DNA of 41,312 bases from an uncultured Muribaculaceae bacterium (lineage in GTDB: Bacteria; Bacillota_I; Bacilli_A; RF39; UBA660). The position numbers and the translations under genes are program-made. The stretch lies in contig CAZBKY010000003.1 of NCBI GenBank assembly GCA_964492595.1, positions 1 through 41,312 on the forward strand, read 5' to 3'. The notes below the pieces were generated by a model, which saw only the letters and a list, made by a program, of their open reading frames with translations, searched no databases and was not told the DNA's origin. Shown here in pieces: positions 8,188 through 17,103 of the stretch (positions are counted from its first letter, which is position 1; each line of letters begins with the position of its first letter).

Positions 8188-9948
8188 ATGATTAAAATTT
8201 TAAGATATTTAAAAACAAAAGAATGGCTACAAGCATTGATTTGCTTAATATTAATAATTATACAGGTTTGGCTTGATTTAAAATTGCCTGAATATATGTC
8301 AGAAATAACTAGGCTTGTTCAAACCCCAGGAAGCATAATGAAAAATATATGGATCTCGGGTGGATACATGCTTCTTTGTGCATTAGGAAGTTTCATAAGT
8401 GCAATTATAGTTGGATACTTTTCAGCCCGTATTGCATCTTCTTTTTCACAAAGACTTCGCAGTCAAATATTCACTAAAGTAGATTCTTTTTCAATGGAAG
8501 AAATAAGACGTTTTTCTACTGCAAGTTTAATAACACGCTCTACAAATGATATTACTCAAGTTCAAATGTTTATTACAATGGGATTACAATTAATTATCAA
8601 AGCACCTATTATGGCAATTTGGGCAATAACTAAAATAGCGGGGAAAGGTTTTGAATGGAGTCTTGCAACAGGCGGGGCTCTTGGAATTGTATTATTAACA
8701 GTTATATTTATAATGATATTTGTAGTACCAAAATTCAAAAAAATGCAAATTCTTACTGATAATATAACTAGTATAGCTAGAGAAAACCTGACCGGTGTAC
8801 GTGTGGTTCGCGCTTATAATGCTGAAAAGTATCAAGAAGAAAAGTTTGAAAAAGCAAATGATGAACTTACAAGCACAACTCTATTTACAAATAAATCTAT
8901 GTCTATAATGATGCCTGTAATGACAATAGTTATGAGTGGACTTTCACTTGTAATCTATTGGATAGGTGCATATCTAATAGACTCTGCTCAGGTAATGGAT
9001 AAATTAATAATATTTTCAGACATGGTAGTATTTAGTCAATATGCAATGCAAGTTATAATGAGTTTTATGATGCTTATTATGATATTTATTATGTTACCAA
9101 GAGCAAGCGTTTCTGTAAAACGTATTAATGAGGTTCTTGATACTGAACCAAAAATTTTAGATGGGAGTGAAACAGAAGGTAAATCTGGAATCGTTGGTGA
9201 AGTGGAATTTAGAAATGTTAGTTTCAGATATCCTGATGCTTCAGAATTTGTTTTAGAAAATATTAGTTTTATTGCTAAAAAGGGGGAAACCCTGGCTTTT
9301 ATAGGTTCAACTGGTAGTGGCAAATCTACACTTATAAATCTTGTGCCTCGTTTCTTCGATGTAACAGAAGGTGAGATACTTATAGATGGTATTAATGTTA
9401 AAGATTATAAACTTGAAGCACTTCTTAATAAAATAGGTTATGTTCCACAAAAAGCAGTAATATTTAAAGGAACCGTAGAATCTAATGTGACCTATGGTGA
9501 TAATGGTGAAAAGAATAGGGAAATTGATGAAGTAAAAAAAGCCGTTAAAATCGCTCAGGCAAAAAATTTTGTAGAAAAAATGAAGAAAAATTATAAATCT
9601 GACATTGCTCAGGAAGGAACAAATATATCTGGCGGACAAAAACAAAGATTAGCAATTGCACGTGCAATTTATAGAAATCCAGAAATCTATATTTTTGATG
9701 ATTCGTTTTCTGCACTTGATTATAAAACAGATCGCATTTTACGTAATGAGTTAAAAAAAGAAACTAGAGGAATCACAACCTTAATAGTTGCACAAAGAAT
9801 AGGTACTATTATGAGTGCAGATAAAATAATTGTACTTGATGAAGGAAAGATTGTTGGTACTGGAACACATAAAGAATTATTAGAAAAATGTAAAATATAT
9901 AAAGAAATCGCTATGTCACAATTAAGTGAAGAGGAGTTAAAGTCATGA
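8188..9948 (+). CDS. ABC exporter half-transporter (TMD-NBD) with a degenerate ATPase site
   Basis: 586 aa with 6 TM plus an NBD. Walker A GSTGSGKST, signature ISGGQKQRLAIARA. Walker B is IYIFDDSFSALD (Asp in place of the catalytic Glu) and the H-loop is VAQRIGT (Gln in place of His). Confidence 0.9.
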   Translation: MIKILRYLKTKEWLQALICLILIIIQVWLDLKLPEYMSEITRLVQTPGSIMKNIWISGGYMLLCALGSFISAIIVGYFSARIASSFSQRLRSQIFTKVDSFSMEEIRRFSTASLITRSTNDITQVQMFITMGLQLIIKAPIMAIWAITKIAGKGFEWSLATGGALGIVLLTVIFIMIFVVPKFKKMQILTDNITSIARENLTGVRVVRAYNAEKYQEEKFEKANDELTSTTLFTNKSMSIMMPVMTIVMSGLSLVIYWIGAYLIDSAQVMDKLIIFSDMVVFSQYAMQVIMSFMMLIMIFIMLPRASVSVKRINEVLDTEPKILDGSETEGKSGIVGEVEFRNVSFRYPDASEFVLENISFIAKKGETLAFIGSTGSGKSTLINLVPRFFDVTEGEILIDGINVKDYKLEALLNKIGYVPQKAVIFKGTVESNVTYGDNGEKNREIDEVKKAVKIAQAKNFVEKMKKNYKSDIAQEGTNISGGQKQRLAIARAIYRNPEIYIFDDSFSALDYKTDRILRNELKKETRGITTLIVAQRIGTIMSADKIIVLDEGKIVGTGTHKELLEKCKIYKEIAMSQLSEEELKS

Positions 9949-11807
9949 AAGAAAAAGAAAACATTAAAAAAAGCAGTGGCTTCGGTAGACCTTTCTCACC
10001 ATTAGGTGCTAATAGTGGCGAAAAAGCTAAAGAATTTAAAAAAACCTGGATTAAACTAATAAGATACTGTAAAGATTATATGCCTATTATCATAATTGGA
10101 CTTGTTATTTGTGCGATAGCAACAGTATTTCAGTTTTTAGGGCCAGATAAATTAAAAGATATGACAAATGAGATTATAAAAGGACTGCCAGCACTAATAA
10201 ATAATAAACCTGTACTTGGAGTAATGGATATGGAAGTGATAGTTAATATTGCATGGATACTTGTATTCTTTTATGCCTCTTCTGGAATTCTAGGATTTAT
10301 AGAAAATTTTATAATGGCTATAGTATCAGCGAAAGTATCAAAAAAACTAAGAACAGGTATTTCTCAAAAAATTAATAAAATACCACTTAAATATTATGAT
10401 AAAACTAGTTACGGGAACATTATAAGTCGTATAACAAATGATGTAGATACTATTGGTCAAACATTAAATCAAAGTCTTGATTCTCTAGTTAGGGCAGTTA
10501 TAATGTTTTTAGGTTCGTTATTTATGATGTTTCATACTAACTGGATTATGGCATTAACTGCTATTATTTCAACTATTATTGGATTTGCATTAATGATGAT
10601 TATCATATCAAAGTCTCAAAAGTATTTTAACGCACAACAAAAAGAACTTGGCGATATTAATGGACATATTGAAGAAATTTATTCGAATCATAATGTTGTT
10701 AAAGCATACAATGGTGGAAAAGATGCAAAAAAGATATTTGAAGTTATTAATAAATCTCTTTTTGAAAGTGGATGGAAATCACAATTCATGTCTGGATTGA
10801 TGATGCCTATTATGAGTTTTATTGGAAATTTCGGATATGTAGCAGTTTGCGTGGTGGGCGCTGCACTTACTATGAATGGAACTATTTCATTTGGAGTGAT
10901 AGTTGCATTTATGTTATATATACGTTTATTTACTCAACCTTTATCCCAATTGGCCCAAGCTGCACAATCTTTACAAAGAACAGCCGCGGCAAGTGAACGT
11001 GTATTTGAATTCTTTGATGAAGAAGAATTATCAGATGAAAGGGAAAAAATAATTAAATTAGAAAAAGTCAAAGGAGATGTGGAGTTTAAAAATGTTCGTT
11101 TTGGCTATGAAAAAGACAAAATAATTATTAATGATTTTTCTGCTAAAGTAGAGTCAGGACAAAAAATTGCAATTGTCGGTCCAACAGGCGCTGGAAAAAC
11201 AACTATGGTAAATTTACTGATGCGTTTTTATGAGATTGATAAGGGGGATATACTTTTAGATGGCATATCTACAAAAGCAGTTACAAGAGAAAATGTACAT
11301 AATCAATTCTGCATGGTATTACAAGATACTTGGTTATTTGATGGAACAATTAAAGAAAATATTATATACAGTAAAGCAAATGTAACGGAGGAAGAGGTAA
11401 TAAATGCCTGCAAGGCCGTAGGCATTCATCACTTTATTAAAACATTACCAAAAGGGTATGATACAATTTTAAATGATAGTGTCAGTTTATCAGCAGGACA
11501 AAAACAACTTATTACCATTGCAAGAGCAATGATTCAAAATGCACCATTATTAATACTTGATGAAGCCACAAGTTCAGTTGATACCCGTACAGAAAGAATT
11601 GTTCAGGAAGCTATGAATAAATTGACTCAAGGTAGAACTTCATTTGTAATTGCACATAGACTTTCCACTATAAAAAATTCAGATTTAATTATTGTAATGA
11701 AAGATGGAGATATTGTTGAAAGTGGAAGCCATAAAAAGCTCCTTGATAAAAAGGGTTTCTATGCTGAACTTTATAATAGTCAATTTGAGCAAGCGGATAA
11801 TTTTTAA
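9945..11807 (+). CDS. ABC exporter half-transporter (TMD-NBD) with a consensus ATPase site, partner of the upstream gene
   Basis: 620 aa with a 4-nt start/stop overlap with the upstream gene. Walker A GPTGAGKTT, Walker B LLILDEATSSVD, H-loop IAHRLST. The signature is deviant: LSAGQKQLITIARA. Confidence 0.9.
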   Translation: MKEKENIKKSSGFGRPFSPLGANSGEKAKEFKKTWIKLIRYCKDYMPIIIIGLVICAIATVFQFLGPDKLKDMTNEIIKGLPALINNKPVLGVMDMEVIVNIAWILVFFYASSGILGFIENFIMAIVSAKVSKKLRTGISQKINKIPLKYYDKTSYGNIISRITNDVDTIGQTLNQSLDSLVRAVIMFLGSLFMMFHTNWIMALTAIISTIIGFALMMIIISKSQKYFNAQQKELGDINGHIEEIYSNHNVVKAYNGGKDAKKIFEVINKSLFESGWKSQFMSGLMMPIMSFIGNFGYVAVCVVGAALTMNGTISFGVIVAFMLYIRLFTQPLSQLAQAAQSLQRTAAASERVFEFFDEEELSDEREKIIKLEKVKGDVEFKNVRFGYEKDKIIINDFSAKVESGQKIAIVGPTGAGKTTMVNLLMRFYEIDKGDILLDGISTKAVTRENVHNQFCMVLQDTWLFDGTIKENIIYSKANVTEEEVINACKAVGIHHFIKTLPKGYDTILNDSVSLSAGQKQLITIARAMIQNAPLLILDEATSSVDTRTERIVQEAMNKLTQGRTSFVIAHRLSTIKNSDLIIVMKDGDIVESGSHKKLLDKKGFYAELYNSQFEQADNF

Positions 11808-11947
11808 TTAATTTAGTAATAAAAAATTGTAAATACTGAAAAAATTAACCCGTAAAAACGGCTATGAACTTAGTGATGAAAAATATATAAAGAAAGATTC
11901 TTAATTCAAAAGAGTTAAAAATATTAAATATAATAGGAGATTTTCAA

Positions 11948-12480
11948 ATGATACACATAACTTATTACAGTTCACCAATTGGTAAGTTGTTATTGGCAAG
12001 TAAAAATAATAAATTAACTGGGATTTGGATAGAGGGACAAAAATATTATCTGCAAAACTTAAAAAGCGAAACTAAAGAAAATAATGATGAAGAAATATTT
12101 ATAAAAACAAAGAAATGGTTAGATAAATATTTTAATGGCGAAAATCCTAAAATATCAGATTTAGAATTACAACCTATGGGAAGCAAGTTCAGACAAAATG
12201 TATGGAGATTATTATGTGAAATTCCTTATGGAAAAGTAACAACTTACGGATATCTTGCTAAGAAAATAACTCAAGAAATGAAAATAAAAAACATGTCATC
12301 ACAAGCAGTAGGAGGGGCAGCGGGGCACAATCCAATATCTATTATTATTCCATGTCATAGAGTTGTAGGAAAAAGTGGCAATTTAACTGTTATGCTGGTG
12401 GAATAGATAAAAAAATAAAATTACTTGAATTGGAAAATGTAGATATGTCTAATTTCTATATGCCTGTAAATAAGAAATAA
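11948..12480 (+). pseudogene. ogt: Methylated-DNA--protein-cysteine methyltransferase, disrupted by a 1-nt frameshift
   Basis: The active-site motif IPCHRVVGKSGNLT is intact. After 12388 the expected GYAGG motif continues in the +1 frame (YAGGIDKKIKLLELENVDMSNFYMPVNKK, stop at 12478-12480). The annotated frame stops at 12406. One G appears to be missing (ACTGTTAT instead of ACTGGTTAT). Confidence 0.8.
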
Positions 12481-12544
12481 TAAAAATTTCAAACTTTACA
12501 GCATATTATGTTTATGTTATAGTTTAAAAGAAAGTGAGTTTATT

Positions 12545-13447
12545 ATGAATTTACCCAAATTAATAGTTATTTTAGGAACAAATGCTTCTGGTAAAAGTTC
12601 AATTGCAATAGAACTTGCTAAAAAGTACAATGGTGAAATAATATCGTCTGATTCTCGTCAAGTATATCGTGGACTTAACTTAGGATCTGGGAAAATCACT
12701 TTAGAAGAGATGAATGAAGTACCTCATTATATGTTAGATATTATTAATCCAAATGACCCGTTTTCAGTGGCTGATTTTCAAAAGCAGGCATACACAATTA
12801 TTGATGATATAATAAAAAGAGGAAAACAACCTTTTTTAGTAGGTGGAACAGGTTTGTATATTAAAGCAGTAGTGGATGGATATGTATTTTCTGATATGAA
12901 ACGCAATTTAAATTTAATAAAAGAATTGGAAGACAAAGACATAAGTGAACTAACAGAAATGTTATCAAAGCAAGTAAGAACTGATAAAATATCAATCGAT
13001 TTAAAAAACAAAAGACGCATTATAAGGGCCTTGGAAAAAATTTCTTATGGTATTGATATTTATAAAGAGCCAAAATGCATGCCGAAATATGAAACACTGC
13101 AGTTAGGTATAACCTGGCCTAAAGAAATCCTGCATAAAAGAATCGATCAAAGATTAACTGATCGTATAGATCAAGGAATGATCGAAGAAGTTGAACAACT
13201 TATAAAAAATGGTGCAACCTATGAATTTTTATATAATCTAGGTTTGGAATATAGATATATTCAGTGGTATTTAACCGGGAAATTTAATTCTTTGGATGAA
13301 TTTTACTGTGAAATGAGTAAAGCAATAAAGCGCTTTTCCAAAAGACAAATGACATGGTTCAAAAAAGATAAAAGAATTGTGTGGTTGTCTATGGAAAATG
13401 ATTATATAAATCAAGCGATTAAAAAAATTGATGATTTTATACCATAA
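12545..13447 (+). CDS. miaA: tRNA dimethylallyltransferase
   Basis: 300 aa. P-loop GTNASGKSS, SSDSRQVYRGLNLGSGK, RQMTWFK. Confidence 0.95.
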   Translation: MNLPKLIVILGTNASGKSSIAIELAKKYNGEIISSDSRQVYRGLNLGSGKITLEEMNEVPHYMLDIINPNDPFSVADFQKQAYTIIDDIIKRGKQPFLVGGTGLYIKAVVDGYVFSDMKRNLNLIKELEDKDISELTEMLSKQVRTDKISIDLKNKRRIIRALEKISYGIDIYKEPKCMPKYETLQLGITWPKEILHKRIDQRLTDRIDQGMIEEVEQLIKNGATYEFLYNLGLEYRYIQWYLTGKFNSLDEFYCEMSKAIKRFSKRQMTWFKKDKRIVWLSMENDYINQAIKKIDDFIP

Positions 13448-13580
13448 TTCATTTGATATGAATATATTAATGCAAAATAAATACATTTTTTTTTATTCTC
13501 ATTAATTTATAAATATATTAAAAAAGTTTGTTTTTAAATCATTTTTTATTCAACAGTTTAAAAATATTTTTAAACAATTA

Positions 13581-13609
13581 TTGAAATATAAGTGACTTTT
13601 TGATATATT
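13581..13609 (+). promoter_or_regulatory. Promoter of the three-gene envelope cluster
   Basis: TTGAAA, 17 nt, TATATT with a TG extended -10. A perfect 20-bp palindrome GTTTAAAAATATTTTTAAAC (13556-13575) lies just upstream. Confidence 0.55.
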
Positions 13610-13629
13610 TATTATGGTAGGTAAAGATA

Positions 13630-13914
13630 ATGAAAAATAACACTGATTCCAAATTTATAAAATATTGTATATCACTCATAATAATTGCCTGGGGATTTTT
13701 GGTAATTATAGATTATTATATGACTAAGCACGATAAAGACCCTTTGTTTTGTGTATCAAATGTAGTTATAGAAGAGGAAGATGGTTATGTTACTGTATGC
13801 AAAGGATTAGGTTATAAATATTATTTATATAAAAAAGATTCTTATAGTTTAAAAAAATTTGTACCATTTTGGATAAAAGATAGTGGGGAAGATCAATATG
13901 AAAACAATGATTAA
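13630..13914 (+). CDS. Small membrane-anchored protein (paralogous N-terminus with 14339..15019)
   Basis: 94 aa with one TM, then the motifs DYYMTKHDKDPLF and GLGYKYY. These are shared with the 226-aa protein downstream. Confidence 0.55.
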   Translation: MKNNTDSKFIKYCISLIIIAWGFLVIIDYYMTKHDKDPLFCVSNVVIEEEDGYVTVCKGLGYKYYLYKKDSYSLKKFVPFWIKDSGEDQYENND

Positions 13915-14311
13915 AATATTTTTGGCGGCTTTATTTGTTTTTTTATTATCCGGATGCAAAGAAAAAACAAATGATGATAATAAAATAATATATCCCGACA
14001 TAGAAAAATTTGATTATTCCACTTTAGAAAGCATGAATGCTTATACTATAATTGATAATTTAAAATATGAATATACGTTTTATTTTGAAGATGATGTTTG
14101 TATTAATGCTTTAGTAAAAATAGAGTTTAAAACAAATGAAGAAGCCTTAAGCTTTTATAACGGTATTAAAGATAGTGTGAATTATTATGAAGTAAATATA
14201 AATGATAATATTATACAATATTACCATGATATTGAAAATTTTTCATATGCAATGTATCCAAAAAATACATTGATTGAACTGATACAAAAAGAAGATTTTG
14301 TTGTAGAATAA
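13898..14311 (+). CDS. Lipoprotein, unknown function
   Basis: Start moved to MKTMIKIFLAALFVFLLSGC (lipobox LSGC), with SD GGGGAAG upstream. The track ORF begins at 13883. Confidence 0.6.
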   Translation: MKTMIKIFLAALFVFLLSGCKEKTNDDNKIIYPDIEKFDYSTLESMNAYTIIDNLKYEYTFYFEDDVCINALVKIEFKTNEEALSFYNGIKDSVNYYEVNINDNIIQYYHDIENFSYAMYPKNTLIELIQKEDFVVE

Positions 14312-14338
14312 ATTTTTATAGTAGGAGTGGTATATTAA

Positions 14339-15019
14339 ATGAATAATATTATAAGAAAAAAGAAAAATATTTTGAAAGTATTAATTGCTATGGGTTTTAT
14401 TGGGGTGTTGGGAATTGTTCTTTATATAATTGGAACATTAGATTATATTAGGGCTATGAATGATAAAAAACCTATATTTACTTATCATACAGTAAATGTT
14501 TCAAACTTAGATATAACTAGAGTAGGATTTGAAGATACTTTATTACCTAATGTAGAAGGCACTATATACTATGGGATTGGTTATAATATTTCAATTTGTG
14601 ATAATGATACAGGAAATTATATTTTTGGGCTAGGTCATAAGCAAAAAGAATCTTGTTTTACCAGTTTGACTTGCACTCAAATAGATGATTTAAATATTAA
14701 AAAATCTTTTGAATATTCATTTTTTGATGGTAAATTATATCTCATAAATCAAACTCATATAGTACCTATCGAAAACACAGATCAAACAGAAGAAGAATTT
14801 GAATTAGGGATTATGAAACTTAATGATATAAAAGGTTGCTCGGCATCTTTCAAAAAAATAAATGATACATATGAAGTAGTAGAAATATGCAATTTATTTA
14901 ATATGTCAGACGGTGATATTTATGAGGTTTACCAAACATACCATTCATCTTTAGAACAAACAAAAACAACAAAAGATGAAATTATTGATTATTATGATAA
15001 ATGGATGGTATGTAAATAA
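14339..15019 (+). CDS. Membrane-anchored extracytoplasmic protein, unknown function
   Basis: 226 aa with an N-terminal TM. Motifs DYIRAMNDKKPIF and YGIGYNISIC are paralogous to the 94-aa protein. Six Cys residues in the predicted extracytoplasmic part (after the N-terminal TM). SD AGGAGTGG. Confidence 0.6.
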   Translation: MNNIIRKKKNILKVLIAMGFIGVLGIVLYIIGTLDYIRAMNDKKPIFTYHTVNVSNLDITRVGFEDTLLPNVEGTIYYGIGYNISICDNDTGNYIFGLGHKQKESCFTSLTCTQIDDLNIKKSFEYSFFDGKLYLINQTHIVPIENTDQTEEEFELGIMKLNDIKGCSASFKKINDTYEVVEICNLFNMSDGDIYEVYQTYHSSLEQTKTTKDEIIDYYDKWMVCK

Positions 15020-15039
15020 ATAATTTATTTGGATAATAT

Positions 15040-15069
15040 TTGATACAAAAGGATTATATATGTTATAAT
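15040..15069 (+). promoter_or_regulatory. Promoter of the candidate sRNA
   Basis: TTGATA (15040-15045), 18 nt, TATAAT (15064-15069) with an extended -10 (TGTTATAAT). Confidence 0.55.
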
Positions 15070-15075
15070 TAAATT

Positions 15076-15254
15076 AACCTAGGAATAATGATAGCTAAAA
15101 TATAATAAACCAACATATTAGTAATGGGAATCTAATTAGATACTGGTGTTGAATACTAAGAAATATCTTAGGATCCTAAAAGTGTTTATGTGATGCCCCC
15201 CTCGTACGTGTACGAGTTTAATAACTTTTAGCGCCGTATTCTTGGGTATTTTTT
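15076..15254 (+). ncRNA. ssrS: Candidate 6S-like structured sRNA
   Basis: About 180 nt with no ORF and its own promoter. A long-range closing stem pairs CCUAGGAAUA (15078-15087) with UAUUCUUGGG (15237-15246). It contains two G-U pairs that exist only on the + strand. The stem is extended by GCUAAAA (15094-15100) pairing with UUUUAGC (15226-15232). An apical hairpin CUAAGA-AAUA-UCUUAG lies near the midpoint, and a small hairpin CUCGUA-CGUG-UACGAG lies on the 3' side of the central region. A U-run ends the element. It lies next to rarA. Confidence 0.4.
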
Positions 15255-15288
15255 ATGAAAATAAGTATTTTAAAAACAAAAAAGAAAA

Positions 15289-16491
15289 TTATTGTTTATT
15301 TTCTTTTTTAATTTCATTAAATTTTTTTAATTCAGTCTCATATTTATTATTTTTAGGTCTATAATATATATCTGTTCTTATTTTTTCTGGTAAATATGGC
15401 TGTTTTACATAATAATAAGGTGGATAATCATGAGGATATAAATAAGCTGTTGTATGATTTGTTATATTATTTGGAATATTGCCTATATTCCCTTGTTTTA
15501 ATCTATTTAGAGCGCTATTTATAGCTAAATAGGCAGAATTGCTCTTAGGACTAAGAGCCATATCTATAACAGCGTTAGAAAGCGGTAAAATCATCTCAGG
15601 ATAGCCAAGTCTTTCTGCAGCTTCAATAGCGGCAACCACTTTAGGTCCCATAGAAGGATTGGCAAGTCCAATATCTTCATAACACATTGCAAGCATTCTT
15701 CTATATATAATATCATAATCTCCTCCTTCAATTAATCTTGAAAGATAATGCAAGGCGGCATCTGCGTCAGACCCTCTAACACTTTTTTGAAATGCACTTA
15801 TTGTATCATAATAATCAGTATTGTTTTTATCTATATTGATATTAGTTTTAGTATTAATTTCTTTAATAGTTTCTATATCAAATGAAGGCCCAAAGCTGTA
15901 ATAACAAAATTCTACTAAATTATATGCATATCTTAAATCTCCATTAGATAAGGATACTATATAATTAATTGTTTCTTTATTTAATGTAAGATCTTTATAT
16001 ATTTTTTTAATATTTTTTACAGCCTTCATTATATCTTCATTTGATATTGGTTTTAATTCAAGTATTTGACACCTGCTTCTAATAGAGGGATTTATGCTAT
16101 GATAGGGATTAGATGAAGTTAAACCAATTAAAGTTATTAATCCACTTTCCAAATATGAAAGCAGAAAATCCTGCTTATCTTTATTCATCCTATGTATTTC
16201 ATCAATTACCAAAACTAAATTGCCATACATTTTAGCTTCTTCAAAAACAATATCAAAATCTTTTTTACTATTTATTGTTGCATTCAGCACTCTATAATTC
16301 ATATTAAGCTCACCGATTAGGGCGAGTGCTATAGTGGTTTTACCAATGCCACTTTTCCCATATAAAATCATATTAAAAAGTTTTTTATTCTTAACGTGAT
16401 TTGTTAATATTTTATTTTCTCCAATCAAATGACTTTGTCCTATAACATCTTTTAATCTATTTGGTCTTAATTGATTTTGAAGCAATTCCAT
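15289..16491 (-). CDS. rarA: Replication-associated recombination protein A (MgsA/RarA AAA+ ATPase)
   Basis: 400 aa. Walker A GKSGIGKTT, Walker B LVLVIDEIHR, and an MgsA C-terminal domain (ISAFQKSVRGSDADAALHYL). Confidence 0.9.
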   Translation of the reverse strand: MELLQNQLRPNRLKDVIGQSHLIGENKILTNHVKNKKLFNMILYGKSGIGKTTIALALIGELNMNYRVLNATINSKKDFDIVFEEAKMYGNLVLVIDEIHRMNKDKQDFLLSYLESGLITLIGLTSSNPYHSINPSIRSRCQILELKPISNEDIMKAVKNIKKIYKDLTLNKETINYIVSLSNGDLRYAYNLVEFCYYSFGPSFDIETIKEINTKTNINIDKNNTDYYDTISAFQKSVRGSDADAALHYLSRLIEGGDYDIIYRRMLAMCYEDIGLANPSMGPKVVAAIEAAERLGYPEMILPLSNAVIDMALSPKSNSAYLAINSALNRLKQGNIGNIPNNITNHTTAYLYPHDYPPYYYVKQPYLPEKIRTDIYYRPKNNKYETELKKFNEIKKENKQ

Positions 16492-16583
16492 AATAAACTC
16501 CTTATATATTATTTTACCATTTTAATGTATATATTGAAATAAGTGAAAAAATAATTTATAACATATATGAAGGAGGTTTAGGT

Positions 16584-16754
16584 ATGAGTGAAGAAGAAAA
16601 AATTGGATGTTTTTCTTTGTTTATTACAATTATATTGTCTACAGGTGTTTATGTTCTTTTAATATTTGGGTTAAATGGAAAAGCCAAAAAAGAAAAACCT
16701 AATATTGAAGAATTTGAAAAATTAACAAGATATCCTAAGAAAATATTTCAATAA
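16584..16754 (+). CDS. Small membrane protein (56 aa), possibly the surviving 5' part of a decayed gene
   Basis: Below the track cutoff. Strong SD GAAGGAGG 6 nt upstream, and promoter TTGAAA-17-TATAAC upstream. One TM (FSLFITIILSTGVYVLLIFGL). It ends in tandem stops TAA TGA. Confidence 0.5.
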   Translation: MSEEEKIGCFSLFITIILSTGVYVLLIFGLNGKAKKEKPNIEEFEKLTRYPKKIFQ

Positions 16755-17042
16755 TGAAAGATATACCCAGTGGATCAGAATATTTTTATTTACAAAAACA
16801 TTGCGGGAAGCTATTATTATTATTCACCTGTATATGAAAAATGGTATGCTATAAATAAAGAATCGGTTTTTACAAATAATGATATTAATAAAGGTGGGTA
16901 TCAGCTCAAACAGTATTTTCCCCCTTGATTTTTACTTAACTGAAGAAGAAAAGGAAAAAGACTACTAGCTCTTAGAAGAGTTGGAAATAATAAAACAAAG
17001 AATTGCAGAAAAAGATGCAAGTTTAACCAGAACATTAAGTTA
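16755..17042 (+). pseudogene. Decayed continuation of the upstream ORF
   Basis: The same frame stays protein-like after TAA-TGA (KIYPVDQNIFIYKNIAGSYYYYSPVYEKWYAINKESVFTNNDINKGGYQLKQYFPP). It then shifts frame at a C5 run (DFYLTEEEKEKDY, in-frame TAG, LLEELEIIKQRIAEKDASLTRTLS) and ends at a terminator. Confidence 0.45.
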
Positions 17043-17054
17043 ATCTGGTTTTTT
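17025..17054 (+). terminator. Intrinsic terminator
   Basis: AACCAGA, 12-nt loop, TCTGGTT, followed by T4. Confidence 0.6.
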
Positions 17055-17103
17055 ATGTAAATTCTTTTATATATTATTGTTATAAAAAATATTTTATGAG
17101 ATA

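Noticed and set aside
17045-17065. TTATGTAAATT resembles the XerD arm of dif and might mark a second dif-like site (IMEX boundary) upstream of xerD.
   Set aside because: Only a half-site is present. The adjoining 6 nt and the left arm do not resemble the central region or a XerC arm, and it overlaps the terminator T-run.
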